A DNA stretch of 64,000 nt from Bacteroidota bacterium (lineage in GTDB: Bacteria; Bacteroidota; Bacteroidia; AKYH767-A; 2013-40CM-41-45): positions 17,281 through 81,280 of the forward strand of contig JBMQEM010000023.1 in NCBI GenBank assembly GCA_049363815.1. The letters run 5' to 3'. A program made the position numbers and the translations under genes. The notes beneath the pieces were generated by a model, which had not been told where the DNA came from, did no database searches, and saw nothing but the letters and a program-made list of their open reading frames with translations. Of this stretch, positions 8,897 through 18,493 are shown in pieces (the first letter of the stretch is position 1; each line of letters starts with the position of its first letter).

Positions 8897-11647
8897 ATGA
8901 AAAAATCGAAATTTCAGATCATGATAGAATTTTTATCACATCTGTCTCAACTAAAAAAAGCCACAAAAAGTGGTGTAAAAACAGCGGCTGTTAAGGATGG
9001 CCGAAAGTTGAGTGTTGTTCTTGTCTTGTTATTACTGTTCTCATCGAACATTTTTGCTGTTACATATTATTCCCGCACATCAGGGGGTAACTGGAATGCA
9101 GCAACTACCTGGTCGACTGTTGGCTATGGTAATGCAACAAATACGGGAACCTTCCCTTCTGCCGGTGACGTAGCGAATATTGGTGACGGATATACTGTCA
9201 TGATCAATGCTGCTGTAAACGTTGGAACAATAAATATTGGCCAGGGTGTATCCGGAACGCTGGAATTCAGGTCAACTTCAAATTACACTGTTAACGTAAG
9301 CGGAAGCGTAACTGTCAATACAGGTGCACGATTCTATTACAACTCTGCTGTAATAAGGACTCACCAGGTTAACGTATCGAAAAATTTTACTAATTATGGC
9401 CAGGTCGACTTTTATTTTGGTGCCGGGCAATTAGTAAACCTTACGTTCAATACGAACTCTAACAGTATAGTTTCAGGAACCGGAACATGGGATCTGAATA
9501 ATGTTACATTGAATAAAACAACGTTAACTTCTTATACTTTGAATGTACAGACAAGCGCATTTGAAGCAGGTATCCGTTCGTTTATCGGAACTTTTGGAAC
9601 ATACATTCATAATAATACCGGAACCTATCTGATCAATCCTACAGCCTCTACATTTACTATCGGACCAAATATGATCTATCAGATCCCACTTGGAACAATG
9701 TGGTTTGCATCTGCTGCCGACAATGTTGTGATCCAGGGAGAAATGTATATTACCGGTGGTAACGTGCAAATCGGAAAAACAAACGGTATACAAGGATTAA
9801 GATATGACCAGAATGGTGCAACTATTCCAAAGTTAGATATTTCTGCAGGTACTCTTGAAGTATACGGCGGTATCACTTATGGAACAGCATCGAGTACAGA
9901 ACCCTTCCATTTCAGAATGACCGGTGGAACGGTAACAATAAATTCAGGAAGTACAGGCTCAAACAGACAGCTCTTATACCTGAATGACGTTGCAACCAGT
10001 ACATTCTATATGAACGCAGGTACAATTACTTTCCAGCGACCGAATACGAATGGAGCACTTACAGTTGACTTTGCAGTACCGGGAACAAATGGTAGTGTAA
10101 CTTCAAACGGAGGAATCCTTCAGTTTGGAAATGCTTCAACTGCTTCCGGTGCAGTATTTAATTTCAGACCGTATGCAAACGTTACACAACCGCATTTCAG
10201 AGTTTCTGGAAGCGCAGGTAATGCTGTAACTCTTGCTACATCTTATGGATCAACAGCTAACTTCCGCATTCTAAGTCTTTATATTGATGTAAATAAAACA
10301 TTCGATATCCGCTCTATTGGTGGTGCCGTTGGAGACTCGAAAACGATGACACTGATGACTACTTGCAATGGTGTAGAAGCTTTATACAATGCGGGAACGT
10401 TTCAGCAACGATTAAGTACTGTTACATTCAATACAACAGGAGCACAGGCGATCGGTGGACCAAATACAACTACTTTCTATAATCTTAGTATCAATAACGC
10501 AAATCACATTACCCTTAATAAAGCTGCGAACGTAACCAACTTCCTTTCAATGGTGAATGGAAAATTATTTACGACAAATACGAATGTACTTACATGTGCT
10601 TCAACAGCGACAGCTTCAATCGGATCTGGTACAAGTTATGTTGATGGCCCGATGGTACATACCGTTGCTACTGCATCGCTTACAGCTAAAACCTATCCGA
10701 TCGGAAAAGGTGCAGCATACCGTCCGGTGGTTTTAACTGTGACACATAACAATGCTGTTTCGGTTACTTACCGTGCTGAAGTCAACAATTCACCTGCAAC
10801 TGCTTTACCTTATAGCTATCCTCCTACTATTGCAAACGTTTCAGCGGTACGTTATACACGTATCATCCGCTCTGCTGTAAGTAACTTTACAAGCGGAAGG
10901 ATCCAGATGTATTACAATACAGATGATGTTGTCGGAGATAAAAACACCCTTACAGTTGCTCATGATGATGGAGTTTCTCAATGGAGAAACATTGGTGGGA
11001 CAGCAACAGCTAACTGGGTTGGTAACATAACTTCTGGTTTGTTCACAAGCTTTAATACCTACTTCGCATTAGCAAATCCTCCGGGAGGTGGAAACGCACT
11101 TCCTGTTTCACTGACATCTTTCACGGCAGCATTTGCAGGAAAAGGTGTTGATGTAAAATGGACTACTGAATCAGAGATCAACAATGATTATTTTACTTTG
11201 GAAAGATCGTCTGATAATATTCACTATTCTGAAATTGCTCAGGTAGACGGATCAGGAAATACGACAACGTCGAAAAATTATTCATATACTGATCAACAGG
11301 CTCTTCGTGGAATATCATATTACCGATTGAAACAAACGGATTTCGATGGGAATTATGAATACTTCCCTGCAGTTGTTGTACAGAATAAAAATAAAGGAAC
11401 ATTTGTGATCTACCCTAATCCTGCAAGTTCAAGCATAATCCACCTTTCCGGTGAATCTACACTTGAGAATGCTGTGGTTGTTGTTCAGGATATCACAGGA
11501 CGTACGATCCCTGCTACTTACAGGACTACAGAAAACGGTTCAGTTGAAATTACGATTGATGAGTATTACTTAAAAACGGGAGCTGTATTTTTTATAAATG
11601 CAACTGACGGAGATACAGTGATCAGAGAAAAACTGCTCATCAATTAA
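8897..11647 (+). CDS. Large secreted protein with T9SS type A C-terminal sorting domain
   Basis: 916 aa. N-terminal hydrophobic signal, T/S/N/G-rich beta-helix-like body (GGNWNAATTWS). C-terminus VIYPNPASSSIIHLSG...INATDG... is typical of a Por/T9SS CTD. Confidence 0.8.
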   Translation: MKKSKFQIMIEFLSHLSQLKKATKSGVKTAAVKDGRKLSVVLVLLLLFSSNIFAVTYYSRTSGGNWNAATTWSTVGYGNATNTGTFPSAGDVANIGDGYTVMINAAVNVGTINIGQGVSGTLEFRSTSNYTVNVSGSVTVNTGARFYYNSAVIRTHQVNVSKNFTNYGQVDFYFGAGQLVNLTFNTNSNSIVSGTGTWDLNNVTLNKTTLTSYTLNVQTSAFEAGIRSFIGTFGTYIHNNTGTYLINPTASTFTIGPNMIYQIPLGTMWFASAADNVVIQGEMYITGGNVQIGKTNGIQGLRYDQNGATIPKLDISAGTLEVYGGITYGTASSTEPFHFRMTGGTVTINSGSTGSNRQLLYLNDVATSTFYMNAGTITFQRPNTNGALTVDFAVPGTNGSVTSNGGILQFGNASTASGAVFNFRPYANVTQPHFRVSGSAGNAVTLATSYGSTANFRILSLYIDVNKTFDIRSIGGAVGDSKTMTLMTTCNGVEALYNAGTFQQRLSTVTFNTTGAQAIGGPNTTTFYNLSINNANHITLNKAANVTNFLSMVNGKLFTTNTNVLTCASTATASIGSGTSYVDGPMVHTVATASLTAKTYPIGKGAAYRPVVLTVTHNNAVSVTYRAEVNNSPATALPYSYPPTIANVSAVRYTRIIRSAVSNFTSGRIQMYYNTDDVVGDKNTLTVAHDDGVSQWRNIGGTATANWVGNITSGLFTSFNTYFALANPPGGGNALPVSLTSFTAAFAGKGVDVKWTTESEINNDYFTLERSSDNIHYSEIAQVDGSGNTTTSKNYSYTDQQALRGISYYRLKQTDFDGNYEYFPAVVVQNKNKGTFVIYPNPASSSIIHLSGESTLENAVVVVQDITGRTIPATYRTTENGSVEITIDEYYLKTGAVFFINATDGDTVIREKLLIN

Positions 11648-11693
11648 AAAATATTTTTCATGGTTTAGTTAGGAATATTGGTTAGGCAAAAGA

Positions 11694-11718
11694 GGCTCCT
11701 TCGTTGGGGCCTTTTTTG
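11694..11718 (+). terminator. Rho-independent terminator after the 916-aa T9SS protein gene
   Basis: GGCTCC ttcgtt GGGGCC stem followed by TTTTTTGTTTT. Confidence 0.7.
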
Positions 11719-11728
11719 TTTTCAATTA

Positions 11729-11926
11729 TCTCACGCAGAGTTCCGCAGAATACGCAGAAAATCCGCAGAGAGCCCTTCGGCATGGATAATAATACTCATA
11801 TCAGATTATTCTAAAAATAATATTTGTGGTCCTTTTAGAAAAGAACATAATTAAATATTTTTTTCTGCTCCCGTAGGGAGCTCTGCGGATTTTCTGCGTA
11901 TTCTGTGCAACTCTGCGGGAAATAAA
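11729..11926. repeat. CGCAGA-word inverted-repeat element A (about 40-bp arms, about 105-bp AT-rich spacer)
   Basis: Left arm cacgcagagttccgcagaatacgcagaaaatccgcagag. Right arm ctctgcggattttctgcgtattctgtgcaactctgcggg. These are complementary with 2-3 mismatches. Confidence 0.9.
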
Positions 11927-11938
11927 CCACCAAAACAC

Positions 11939-11971
11939 TTGCCCCTTTAACCCTTAATTTTAGTATATTTG
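11939..11971 (+). promoter_or_regulatory. Bacteroidota-type promoter candidate for the FAH-family gene
   Basis: -33 TTG (11939-11941) and -7 TATATTTG (11964-11971), 20 nt before the ATG. Confidence 0.5.
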
Positions 11972-11990
11972 CACTACTAAAAAAAAAGGG

Positions 11991-13022
11991 ATGAAATTAG
12001 TCAGTTACCTGGCCAACAATGATGAACATTTAGGCCTTTATGTTGAAAATAATATTTACAATCTGCCGGAAAATGCCGGACTTATCGGCAAACAGTTGCC
12101 TGATTCTATGGCTGCTTTTTTAAATGGCGGAAATGATGCAATGAAAATTGCTCATGAAGTTAATACCGGTATCCTAAATAAGACGATCAAAGGTATAGCA
12201 GCAAATGTCAATACTGATGCATTGCTTGCACCGGTTCCCCACCCGACTTCCTGTCGCGATGGATATGCGTTCAGGCAACATGTTGAAGCTGCAAGAAGGA
12301 ACCGGAAAGTTCCTATGATCACCGAATTTGATCAATACCCTATCTTCTATTTTACCAATCATAATGCTATCCAGGGACCCGGCGAAATTGTTTGTATGCC
12401 TGACCATTTCCAGAAGCTGGATTTCGAACTTGAAGTTTCAATAGTTATCGGTAAAAAAGGCAGGAATGTAAAAGCTGCCGATGCTGATTCTTATATTGCC
12501 GGATACATGATCATGAATGACATGAGTGCACGTACTTTGCAAATGGAAGAAATGGCTTTAAATCTAGGACCTGCAAAAGGAAAAGATTTTTCAACAGTAA
12601 TTGGTCCATGGTTGGTTACTCCCGATGAACTTGAACCATATAAAGTTCCTGCTAAACCAGGTCATGTTGGAAATGCATATGATCTGCCCATGATGTGCAA
12701 GGTAAATGGTAAAGTTGTTTCACAGGGAAACATGAAAGAAATGGACTGGACCTTTGCTGAGATCATTGAACGTTGTGCTTATGGTGTCGATATTCTTCCG
12801 GGTGATGTGATCGGTTCAGGTACTGTAGGAACAGGATGTTTCCTGGAGCTCAATGGGACCGGACTTTTAAATGATCCGAATTATAAAGTTCAATGGCTTC
12901 AACCTAATGATGTCGTAGAAATGGAAGTAAAAGGACTGGGTCATTTATATAATACGATCAAGAAAGACAATTCAGATTTTTCCATACTAGCTTTAAAAAA
13001 GGTAAGTGAAACAACTGCGTAA
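11991..13022 (+). CDS. Fumarylacetoacetate hydrolase (FAH) family protein
   Basis: FAH-family C-terminal block GDVIGSGTVGTGCFLELNG. Lies near hmgA, which suggests tyrosine catabolism. Confidence 0.85.
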   Translation: MKLVSYLANNDEHLGLYVENNIYNLPENAGLIGKQLPDSMAAFLNGGNDAMKIAHEVNTGILNKTIKGIAANVNTDALLAPVPHPTSCRDGYAFRQHVEAARRNRKVPMITEFDQYPIFYFTNHNAIQGPGEIVCMPDHFQKLDFELEVSIVIGKKGRNVKAADADSYIAGYMIMNDMSARTLQMEEMALNLGPAKGKDFSTVIGPWLVTPDELEPYKVPAKPGHVGNAYDLPMMCKVNGKVVSQGNMKEMDWTFAEIIERCAYGVDILPGDVIGSGTVGTGCFLELNGTGLLNDPNYKVQWLQPNDVVEMEVKGLGHLYNTIKKDNSDFSILALKKVSETTA

Positions 13023-13036
13023 ATGCATTTTGATTA

Positions 13037-15253
13037 ATGGCTGAACAAATTCCAACAATAAACACTGCAGAAGCTGAAAAGGATATGATCCTTAAAGCCT
13101 ACCGTGCTTTGTTGCGCGCTTTAAAACCATCTTTAGGTAAAGGCGATAAGAAAACGATCCGCCAGGCTTTCGATATGTCAATGGAAGCCCATAAAGACAT
13201 GCGCAGGAAAACCGGTGAGCCTTATATCCTGCATCCTTTGGCCGTTGCACAGATCTGCGCGGAAGAGATCGGACTTGGGCCTTTGGCTATAGTGTGTGCT
13301 TTGCTTCATGATACAGTTGAAGATACTCATCTTACACTGGAGGATATTAAAAGTAATTTCGGAGAAAAGGCTGCATCCATTGTCGATGGACTAACAAAAA
13401 TTGCAGGAGTATTTGATAAAGGGACTTCATTGCAGGCAGAGAATTTCAGGAAGATGTTACTGACTCTTTCTGATGATGTACGTGTGATCCTGATCAAACT
13501 TGCCGATCGTTTGCATAATATGCGGACGCTCGATAGTATGAAACGTGATAAGCAATTAAAGATCGCTTCTGAAACTGCATACCTCTATGCCCCGCTTGCT
13601 CATCGATTAGGTCTCTATTCTATAAAAACTGAACTGGAAGATCTTTCGATGAAGTATACCGAACCGGAGATCTACAATAATATTTACGACAAGGTTCAGC
13701 AGACAAGAAAAGAAAGAAATCGTTTTATCAATGAATTTTCTGAACCGATAAAAAATGAGCTGGTAAAACAAGGATTCAAATTTGATATTAAAGGCCGTTC
13801 GAAATCCATTCATTCCATATGGAGTAAAATGAAACGGCAGGGTGTTTCATTCGAAGAGATCTATGACCTTTTTGCTATCCGCATCATCATTGATACTGAT
13901 GAAGAAAATGAAAAACCTATGTGCTGGAAAGCATATTCAATCATAACAGATTTCTATCATCCAAATCCTGATCGTTTGCGTGACTGGATATCAACCCCGA
14001 AAGCAAATGGCTATGAATCATTGCATACTACTGTAATGGGTCCTAATGGAAAATGGGTAGAAGTTCAGATCCGTTCAAGAAGAATGGATGAGATCGCTGA
14101 AAAAGGTTATGCAGCTCACTGGAAGTACAAAGAATCTTCTGCAGAATCTGCAATCGATGAATGGATAGAAAAGATCCGGGAGTTACTTGAAAGTCCCGAG
14201 ACGAATGCACTCGATTTTATTGACGACTTCAAGCTGAATTTATTTTCCGACGAGATCTTTGTTTTTACTCCGGGCGGTGATATGAAAACACTTCCTTCCG
14301 GAGCTACGGCACTTGATTTTGCATTTGAAATTCATACCGATCTGGGAAGTAAATGTATCGGAGCGAAAGTCAATCATAAATTGGTTCCTCTCTCACATAA
14401 ACTCCGTAGTGGTGATCAGGCAGAGATTCTTACTTCAAACAAGCAAACCCCTAAGGAAGACTGGCTTTCTTATGTTGTTACAGCGAAAGCGAAATCGAAG
14501 ATCAAGACAGCTCTTAAGGAAGAAAAGAAAAAATTCGGTGAAGACGGAAAAGAAATTCTTATGCGGAAATTCCGTCATCTGAAGATCGATTTCAATAATG
14601 ACAATATCAACGAACTTCTGGCCTATTACAAGATCCCAAGTAGTCTGGAATTATATTTCAGGATTGCAAAAGGCGTAATTGATATCTCCGATCTCAAGGA
14701 GTTTGTCGATGAGAAAGGCGTTATCAAGGCCAAGACACCCCAACGAATTGAACCGAAGTCGTTGGAACAAATGGTACAGAATATCCGTGGCTCCAGCGAC
14801 ATGCTTGTGATCGGAGAAAGTCTGGATAAGATCGATTACAAATTATCACCCTGCTGCAGTCCGATCCCCGGTGATGACGTTTTTGGATTCATTACTATTA
14901 ACGACGGGATCAAGATCCATCGCATCAATTGCCCGAATGCGATTCAGCTGATGTCAAATTACGCTTACAGGATCGTAAAGGCAAAGTGGACGAACCAGCA
15001 TCAGATCGCATTCCTTGCCGGAGTTCGAATGACAGGAATCGATGAAGTCGGTGTTGTGAATAAGATCTCGAAAGTAATTTCAAGTGAATTGAAAGTAAAT
15101 ATGAGAAGCATCAGTATTGAATCAAACGATGGGATCTTCGAAGGAACGATCATGTTGTTTGTTCACGATACACATCACCTCGATAAGTTGATCCAGAAGT
15201 TGAAAGAGATACATGGGATCTTAACGGTTTCGAGGATTGATGGGAAACAGTAG
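13037..15253 (+). CDS. relA: Bifunctional (p)ppGpp synthetase/hydrolase, RelA/SpoT family
   Basis: HD domain (HPLAVAQI, LHDTVEDT), synthetase block (YESLHTTV), and TGS and ACT-like C-terminal regions. 738 aa. Confidence 0.95.
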   Translation: MAEQIPTINTAEAEKDMILKAYRALLRALKPSLGKGDKKTIRQAFDMSMEAHKDMRRKTGEPYILHPLAVAQICAEEIGLGPLAIVCALLHDTVEDTHLTLEDIKSNFGEKAASIVDGLTKIAGVFDKGTSLQAENFRKMLLTLSDDVRVILIKLADRLHNMRTLDSMKRDKQLKIASETAYLYAPLAHRLGLYSIKTELEDLSMKYTEPEIYNNIYDKVQQTRKERNRFINEFSEPIKNELVKQGFKFDIKGRSKSIHSIWSKMKRQGVSFEEIYDLFAIRIIIDTDEENEKPMCWKAYSIITDFYHPNPDRLRDWISTPKANGYESLHTTVMGPNGKWVEVQIRSRRMDEIAEKGYAAHWKYKESSAESAIDEWIEKIRELLESPETNALDFIDDFKLNLFSDEIFVFTPGGDMKTLPSGATALDFAFEIHTDLGSKCIGAKVNHKLVPLSHKLRSGDQAEILTSNKQTPKEDWLSYVVTAKAKSKIKTALKEEKKKFGEDGKEILMRKFRHLKIDFNNDNINELLAYYKIPSSLELYFRIAKGVIDISDLKEFVDEKGVIKAKTPQRIEPKSLEQMVQNIRGSSDMLVIGESLDKIDYKLSPCCSPIPGDDVFGFITINDGIKIHRINCPNAIQLMSNYAYRIVKAKWTNQHQIAFLAGVRMTGIDEVGVVNKISKVISSELKVNMRSISIESNDGIFEGTIMLFVHDTHHLDKLIQKLKEIHGILTVSRIDGKQ

Positions 15254-15347
15254 GGTTAATGTTTAAAGTTTAAGGTTCAAAGTTCAATGTTCAAAGTTAG
15301 CTTTGTCGGAGCCTACGAAGTCAACTTTGAACCTTGAACCTTGAACT
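15254..15347. repeat. Heptad-word hairpin element, copy 2 (inverted relative to copy 1): (GTTYAAR)x7 - core - (GAACYTT)x3.5
   Basis: Seven phased heptads at 15254-15302. The core GTTAGCTTtgtCGGAGcCTACGAAGtCAAC matches the reverse complement of the copy 1 core. Confidence 0.9.
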
Positions 15348-15360
15348 AAAAAAATAAATT

Positions 15361-15840
15361 ATGTTACAAGCCCCCAACGTACAAGAATCCGTAAAAAAAA
15401 TTTTCACAGCATATCTGGAGAAGAAAAGTCACCGGAAGACTGATGAACGATATAATATTCTGGAGGAAGTATACAATCTGGATGATCACTTTGATGTTGA
15501 ATCACTATTCCTTCATATGAAATCGAAAGGACATAGTATCAGCAGGGCAACTATATACAATACTATTGAACTCCTGCTGGATTGTCAATTGCTAACCCGG
15601 CATCAGTTTGGCAAAAACACCGCTCGCTTTGAGAGGTCGTTTTCTTTTCGCCAGCACGATCATCTGATCTGTCAGGATTGTGAACATGTCTTTGAATTCT
15701 GTGATCCAAGGATCCAGCAGATCCAGTCGATGATGGGTGAGATCCTGAACTTCCGGATCACCAACCATTCACTTAACCTTTTCGGCAAATGCCGGGAACT
15801 GGAAGAGAAAGGTTCCTGTAAACACCGCAAAACCGCATGA
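15361..15840 (+). CDS. fur: Fur family transcriptional regulator
   Basis: Winged-helix region ISRATIYNTIELL, HDHLIC, and CxxC metal site CQDCEHVFEFC. Confidence 0.8.
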   Translation: MLQAPNVQESVKKIFTAYLEKKSHRKTDERYNILEEVYNLDDHFDVESLFLHMKSKGHSISRATIYNTIELLLDCQLLTRHQFGKNTARFERSFSFRQHDHLICQDCEHVFEFCDPRIQQIQSMMGEILNFRITNHSLNLFGKCRELEEKGSCKHRKTA

Positions 15841-15959
15841 CAAAAGGGTTTCAGAGGGGTTTTATCTCTGAAAATGAATGAACAGACCATTGTTTATTAT
15901 CTGTTTTTTCCGCTAAAATTCTTCTTTGCAGAGAAATTTATTACCATTAAATTCACGCC

Positions 15960-16307
15960 ATGGAATTTAATTATACAATCAGTAACAAGGGCTCATATGC
16001 CGTTGTCGAAATGAGCGGAAATCTGATCGATAAAAATCAGGCTTCGCCCCTTCTGGATGAAATTCAGGAGTACATTAATAAAGGTGTGAATAGTTTTGTC
16101 ATTTCAATGGAAGCTTTCAAATACCTTAATAGCAATGGACTCAATGTGCTTGTCAATATCCTTACCAAGAGCCGTAAGAATGGTGGTGATACAACTATCT
16201 GCTGCATCAGCGATAAAATAAAAGAACTGCTGATCATCACAAAACTCAATACTGTTTTTACGATCACCGATGATCTTCCGGCAGCAATAAAACAATTTCA
16301 AAACTAG
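15960..16307 (+). CDS. STAS domain protein (anti-sigma-factor antagonist-like)
   Basis: 115 aa. The pattern FKYLNSNGLNVLVNI...KELLIITKLNTVF is typical of SpoIIAA/STAS. Confidence 0.75.
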   Translation: MEFNYTISNKGSYAVVEMSGNLIDKNQASPLLDEIQEYINKGVNSFVISMEAFKYLNSNGLNVLVNILTKSRKNGGDTTICCISDKIKELLIITKLNTVFTITDDLPAAIKQFQN

Positions 16308-16332
16308 TTTCTGAAAATGAATAAATAAAAAG

Positions 16333-16369
16333 ATCATCCTGTCTGAACTATAGGATGATTTTTTATTTT
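16333..16369 (+). terminator. Rho-independent terminator after the STAS gene
   Basis: ATCATCCT / AGGATGAT 8-bp stem followed by TTTTTTATTTT. Confidence 0.75.
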
Positions 16370-16410
16370 CAACAGAACCAACTTCTTTTAACAAAGTAAT
16401 TCTATTTATA

Positions 16411-17694
16411 ATGTCAGTCGATGTATTATTGGGCCTCCAATGGGGCGATGAAGGGAAAGGAAAGATCGTAGATGTTTTAACTCCCGAATATAATGTTGTT
16501 GCACGTTTTCAGGGAGGTCCCAATGCAGGACATACTCTGGAATTTGAAGGCATCAAGCATGTGCTACATACAATTCCTTCAGGAATTTTCAGAAAAGGAA
16601 TTACTAATATTGTCGGTAATGGCGTTGTCATCGACCCGGTTACCCTGAAGAAAGAAATCGATGCATTGAAAAAAATGAACGTTGATATAAACGCTTCACT
16701 TTTCATTAGCAGAAAAGCACATATCATTATCCCTACCCATCGCCTGCTTGATGCAGCCTCTGAATCACATAAGGGAAAAGAAAAGATCGGTTCAACTTTA
16801 CGTGGCATAGGTCCGACGTATATGGACAAGACAGGAAGAAATGGTTTACGTGTAGGTGATATTGAATCCCCTGATTTTTTAAACAGGTATGAAAAGCTGA
16901 AAAATAAACACCTTCAGTTACTTGATCAGATGGATCATGAAAAAGACCTGAGTCAGCTGGAAGGACCATTCTTTGAAGGCATTGAACTGATGCGAACTTT
17001 GAATTTCGTCGATAGTGAACATGTGATCAATCAATCCATTCAGCAAAATAAAACAATACTTGCTGAAGGCGCACAAGGTTCACTGCTTGATATTGATTTC
17101 GGCTCCTACCCGTTCGTTACATCTTCCAATACAATTACTGCCGGAGCCTGTACAGGACTTGGTGTTGCTCCTAAACACATCGGTAAAGTATTCGGTATCT
17201 TCAAAGCATACTGTACCCGCGTCGGAAGCGGACCATTTCCTACTGAATTGCTGGATGCGACAGGAGAAGAATTACGCAAAGCGGGAAACGAATTTGGTGC
17301 AACCACCGGTCGTCCGCGTCGTTGCGGCTGGCTTGATCTGCCTGCATTAAAATATGCTATCATGATCAACGGAGTAACAGACCTCATCATGACCAAACCG
17401 GATGTACTCAGCGGATTTGCTTCTATAAAAGTTTGCACCCATTATTTAGTGAATGGAAAAAAAATTGACTTTATTCCATTCGACATTGTAAATGATATAG
17501 CAGAACCGGTTTATATTGATCTGCCCGGATGGCAAAAAGACCTTACAGGTATTGTCAATGAGAAAGATTTCCCTGCTGAATTGTCTAAATACATTGTCTA
17601 CCTCGAAAAAGAATTAAATGTACCGGTTAGTATTGTTTCTGTCGGTCCCGACCGTAAACAAACTATCCGCAGAATGGATCTTGTTACTAGTTGA
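16411..17694 (+). CDS. purA: Adenylosuccinate synthase
   Basis: QWGDEGKGK P-loop, GGPNAGHT, GTTGRPRRCGW. Confidence 0.97.
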   Translation: MSVDVLLGLQWGDEGKGKIVDVLTPEYNVVARFQGGPNAGHTLEFEGIKHVLHTIPSGIFRKGITNIVGNGVVIDPVTLKKEIDALKKMNVDINASLFISRKAHIIIPTHRLLDAASESHKGKEKIGSTLRGIGPTYMDKTGRNGLRVGDIESPDFLNRYEKLKNKHLQLLDQMDHEKDLSQLEGPFFEGIELMRTLNFVDSEHVINQSIQQNKTILAEGAQGSLLDIDFGSYPFVTSSNTITAGACTGLGVAPKHIGKVFGIFKAYCTRVGSGPFPTELLDATGEELRKAGNEFGATTGRPRRCGWLDLPALKYAIMINGVTDLIMTKPDVLSGFASIKVCTHYLVNGKKIDFIPFDIVNDIAEPVYIDLPGWQKDLTGIVNEKDFPAELSKYIVYLEKELNVPVSIVSVGPDRKQTIRRMDLVTS

Positions 17695-18473
17695 AAAAGA
17701 AACTGAGTCATAGTGACCTGAAAGATTTTCTAGAGGAAAAATATCACCTCTATAACCGTAAAAATTTTATTTCTTCAGATCCGGTTTCAATTCCGCATCG
17801 CTTTACTTCTCAAGAGGATATTGAAATAGCAGGATTTCTTGCGGCAACAATAGCCTGGGGACAACGGACAACTATTCTGAAAAATGCCGGTGAGATTCTG
17901 AAAAAAATGGATCTCGCACCACATCAGTTTGTTCTCAACTTTAAGAAAAAAGACCTGACAGTTTTTGACGGCTTTGTCCATAGAACCTTTAATGATGAAG
18001 ATCTGAAGGTATTTCTTTTTTCCCTGCAAAGAATTTTCCGGAAGTATGGAACGTTAGAGAATTTACTCCGACAATTTCTCGTATCCGGAGAGACTGATAT
18101 GAGTGCTGTAATCTCAAAATGGCGAACCGAATTTTTCAAAATCAACCACAATCCCAGAACATTAAAGCATTTTTCAGACCCGCTGAAAGGCTCTGCGACT
18201 AAAAGAATCAATATGTTTCTGAGGTGGATGGTCAGGAAAGATGAATTTGGGGTTGACTTTGGCCTTTGGAAATCAATGAGTAGTGAGATTCTGACCTGTC
18301 CGCTCGACGTACATTCAGGAAGAGTAGCCAGAAAACTCGGACTCCTCCAAAGGACTCAGAATGACTGGAAAGCAGCCGCTGAACTCACAAAAAAGTTAAA
18401 AACATTTGACCCGAAGGACCCGGTAAAATATGATTTCGCTCTGTTCGGTTTAGGTGTGTTTGAGAAATTTTGA
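17691..18473 (+). CDS. TIGR02757 (DUF2400) family protein
   Basis: DPVSIPHRF...DIEIAGFLAATIAWGQR matches my recollection of this family. TTG start overlaps the purA stop (TTGA). Confidence 0.7.
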   Translation: MKKKLSHSDLKDFLEEKYHLYNRKNFISSDPVSIPHRFTSQEDIEIAGFLAATIAWGQRTTILKNAGEILKKMDLAPHQFVLNFKKKDLTVFDGFVHRTFNDEDLKVFLFSLQRIFRKYGTLENLLRQFLVSGETDMSAVISKWRTEFFKINHNPRTLKHFSDPLKGSATKRINMFLRWMVRKDEFGVDFGLWKSMSSEILTCPLDVHSGRVARKLGLLQRTQNDWKAAAELTKKLKTFDPKDPVKYDFALFGLGVFEKF

Positions 18474-18493
18474 TTGCTTATATTTGGACACTC

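Noticed and set aside
11729-11926. Inverted-repeat elements A and B called as MITEs or mobile elements
   Set aside because: I could not find a target-site duplication, transposase or identical terminal inverted repeats. They are kept as repeats of unknown nature, with mobility only a hypothesis.
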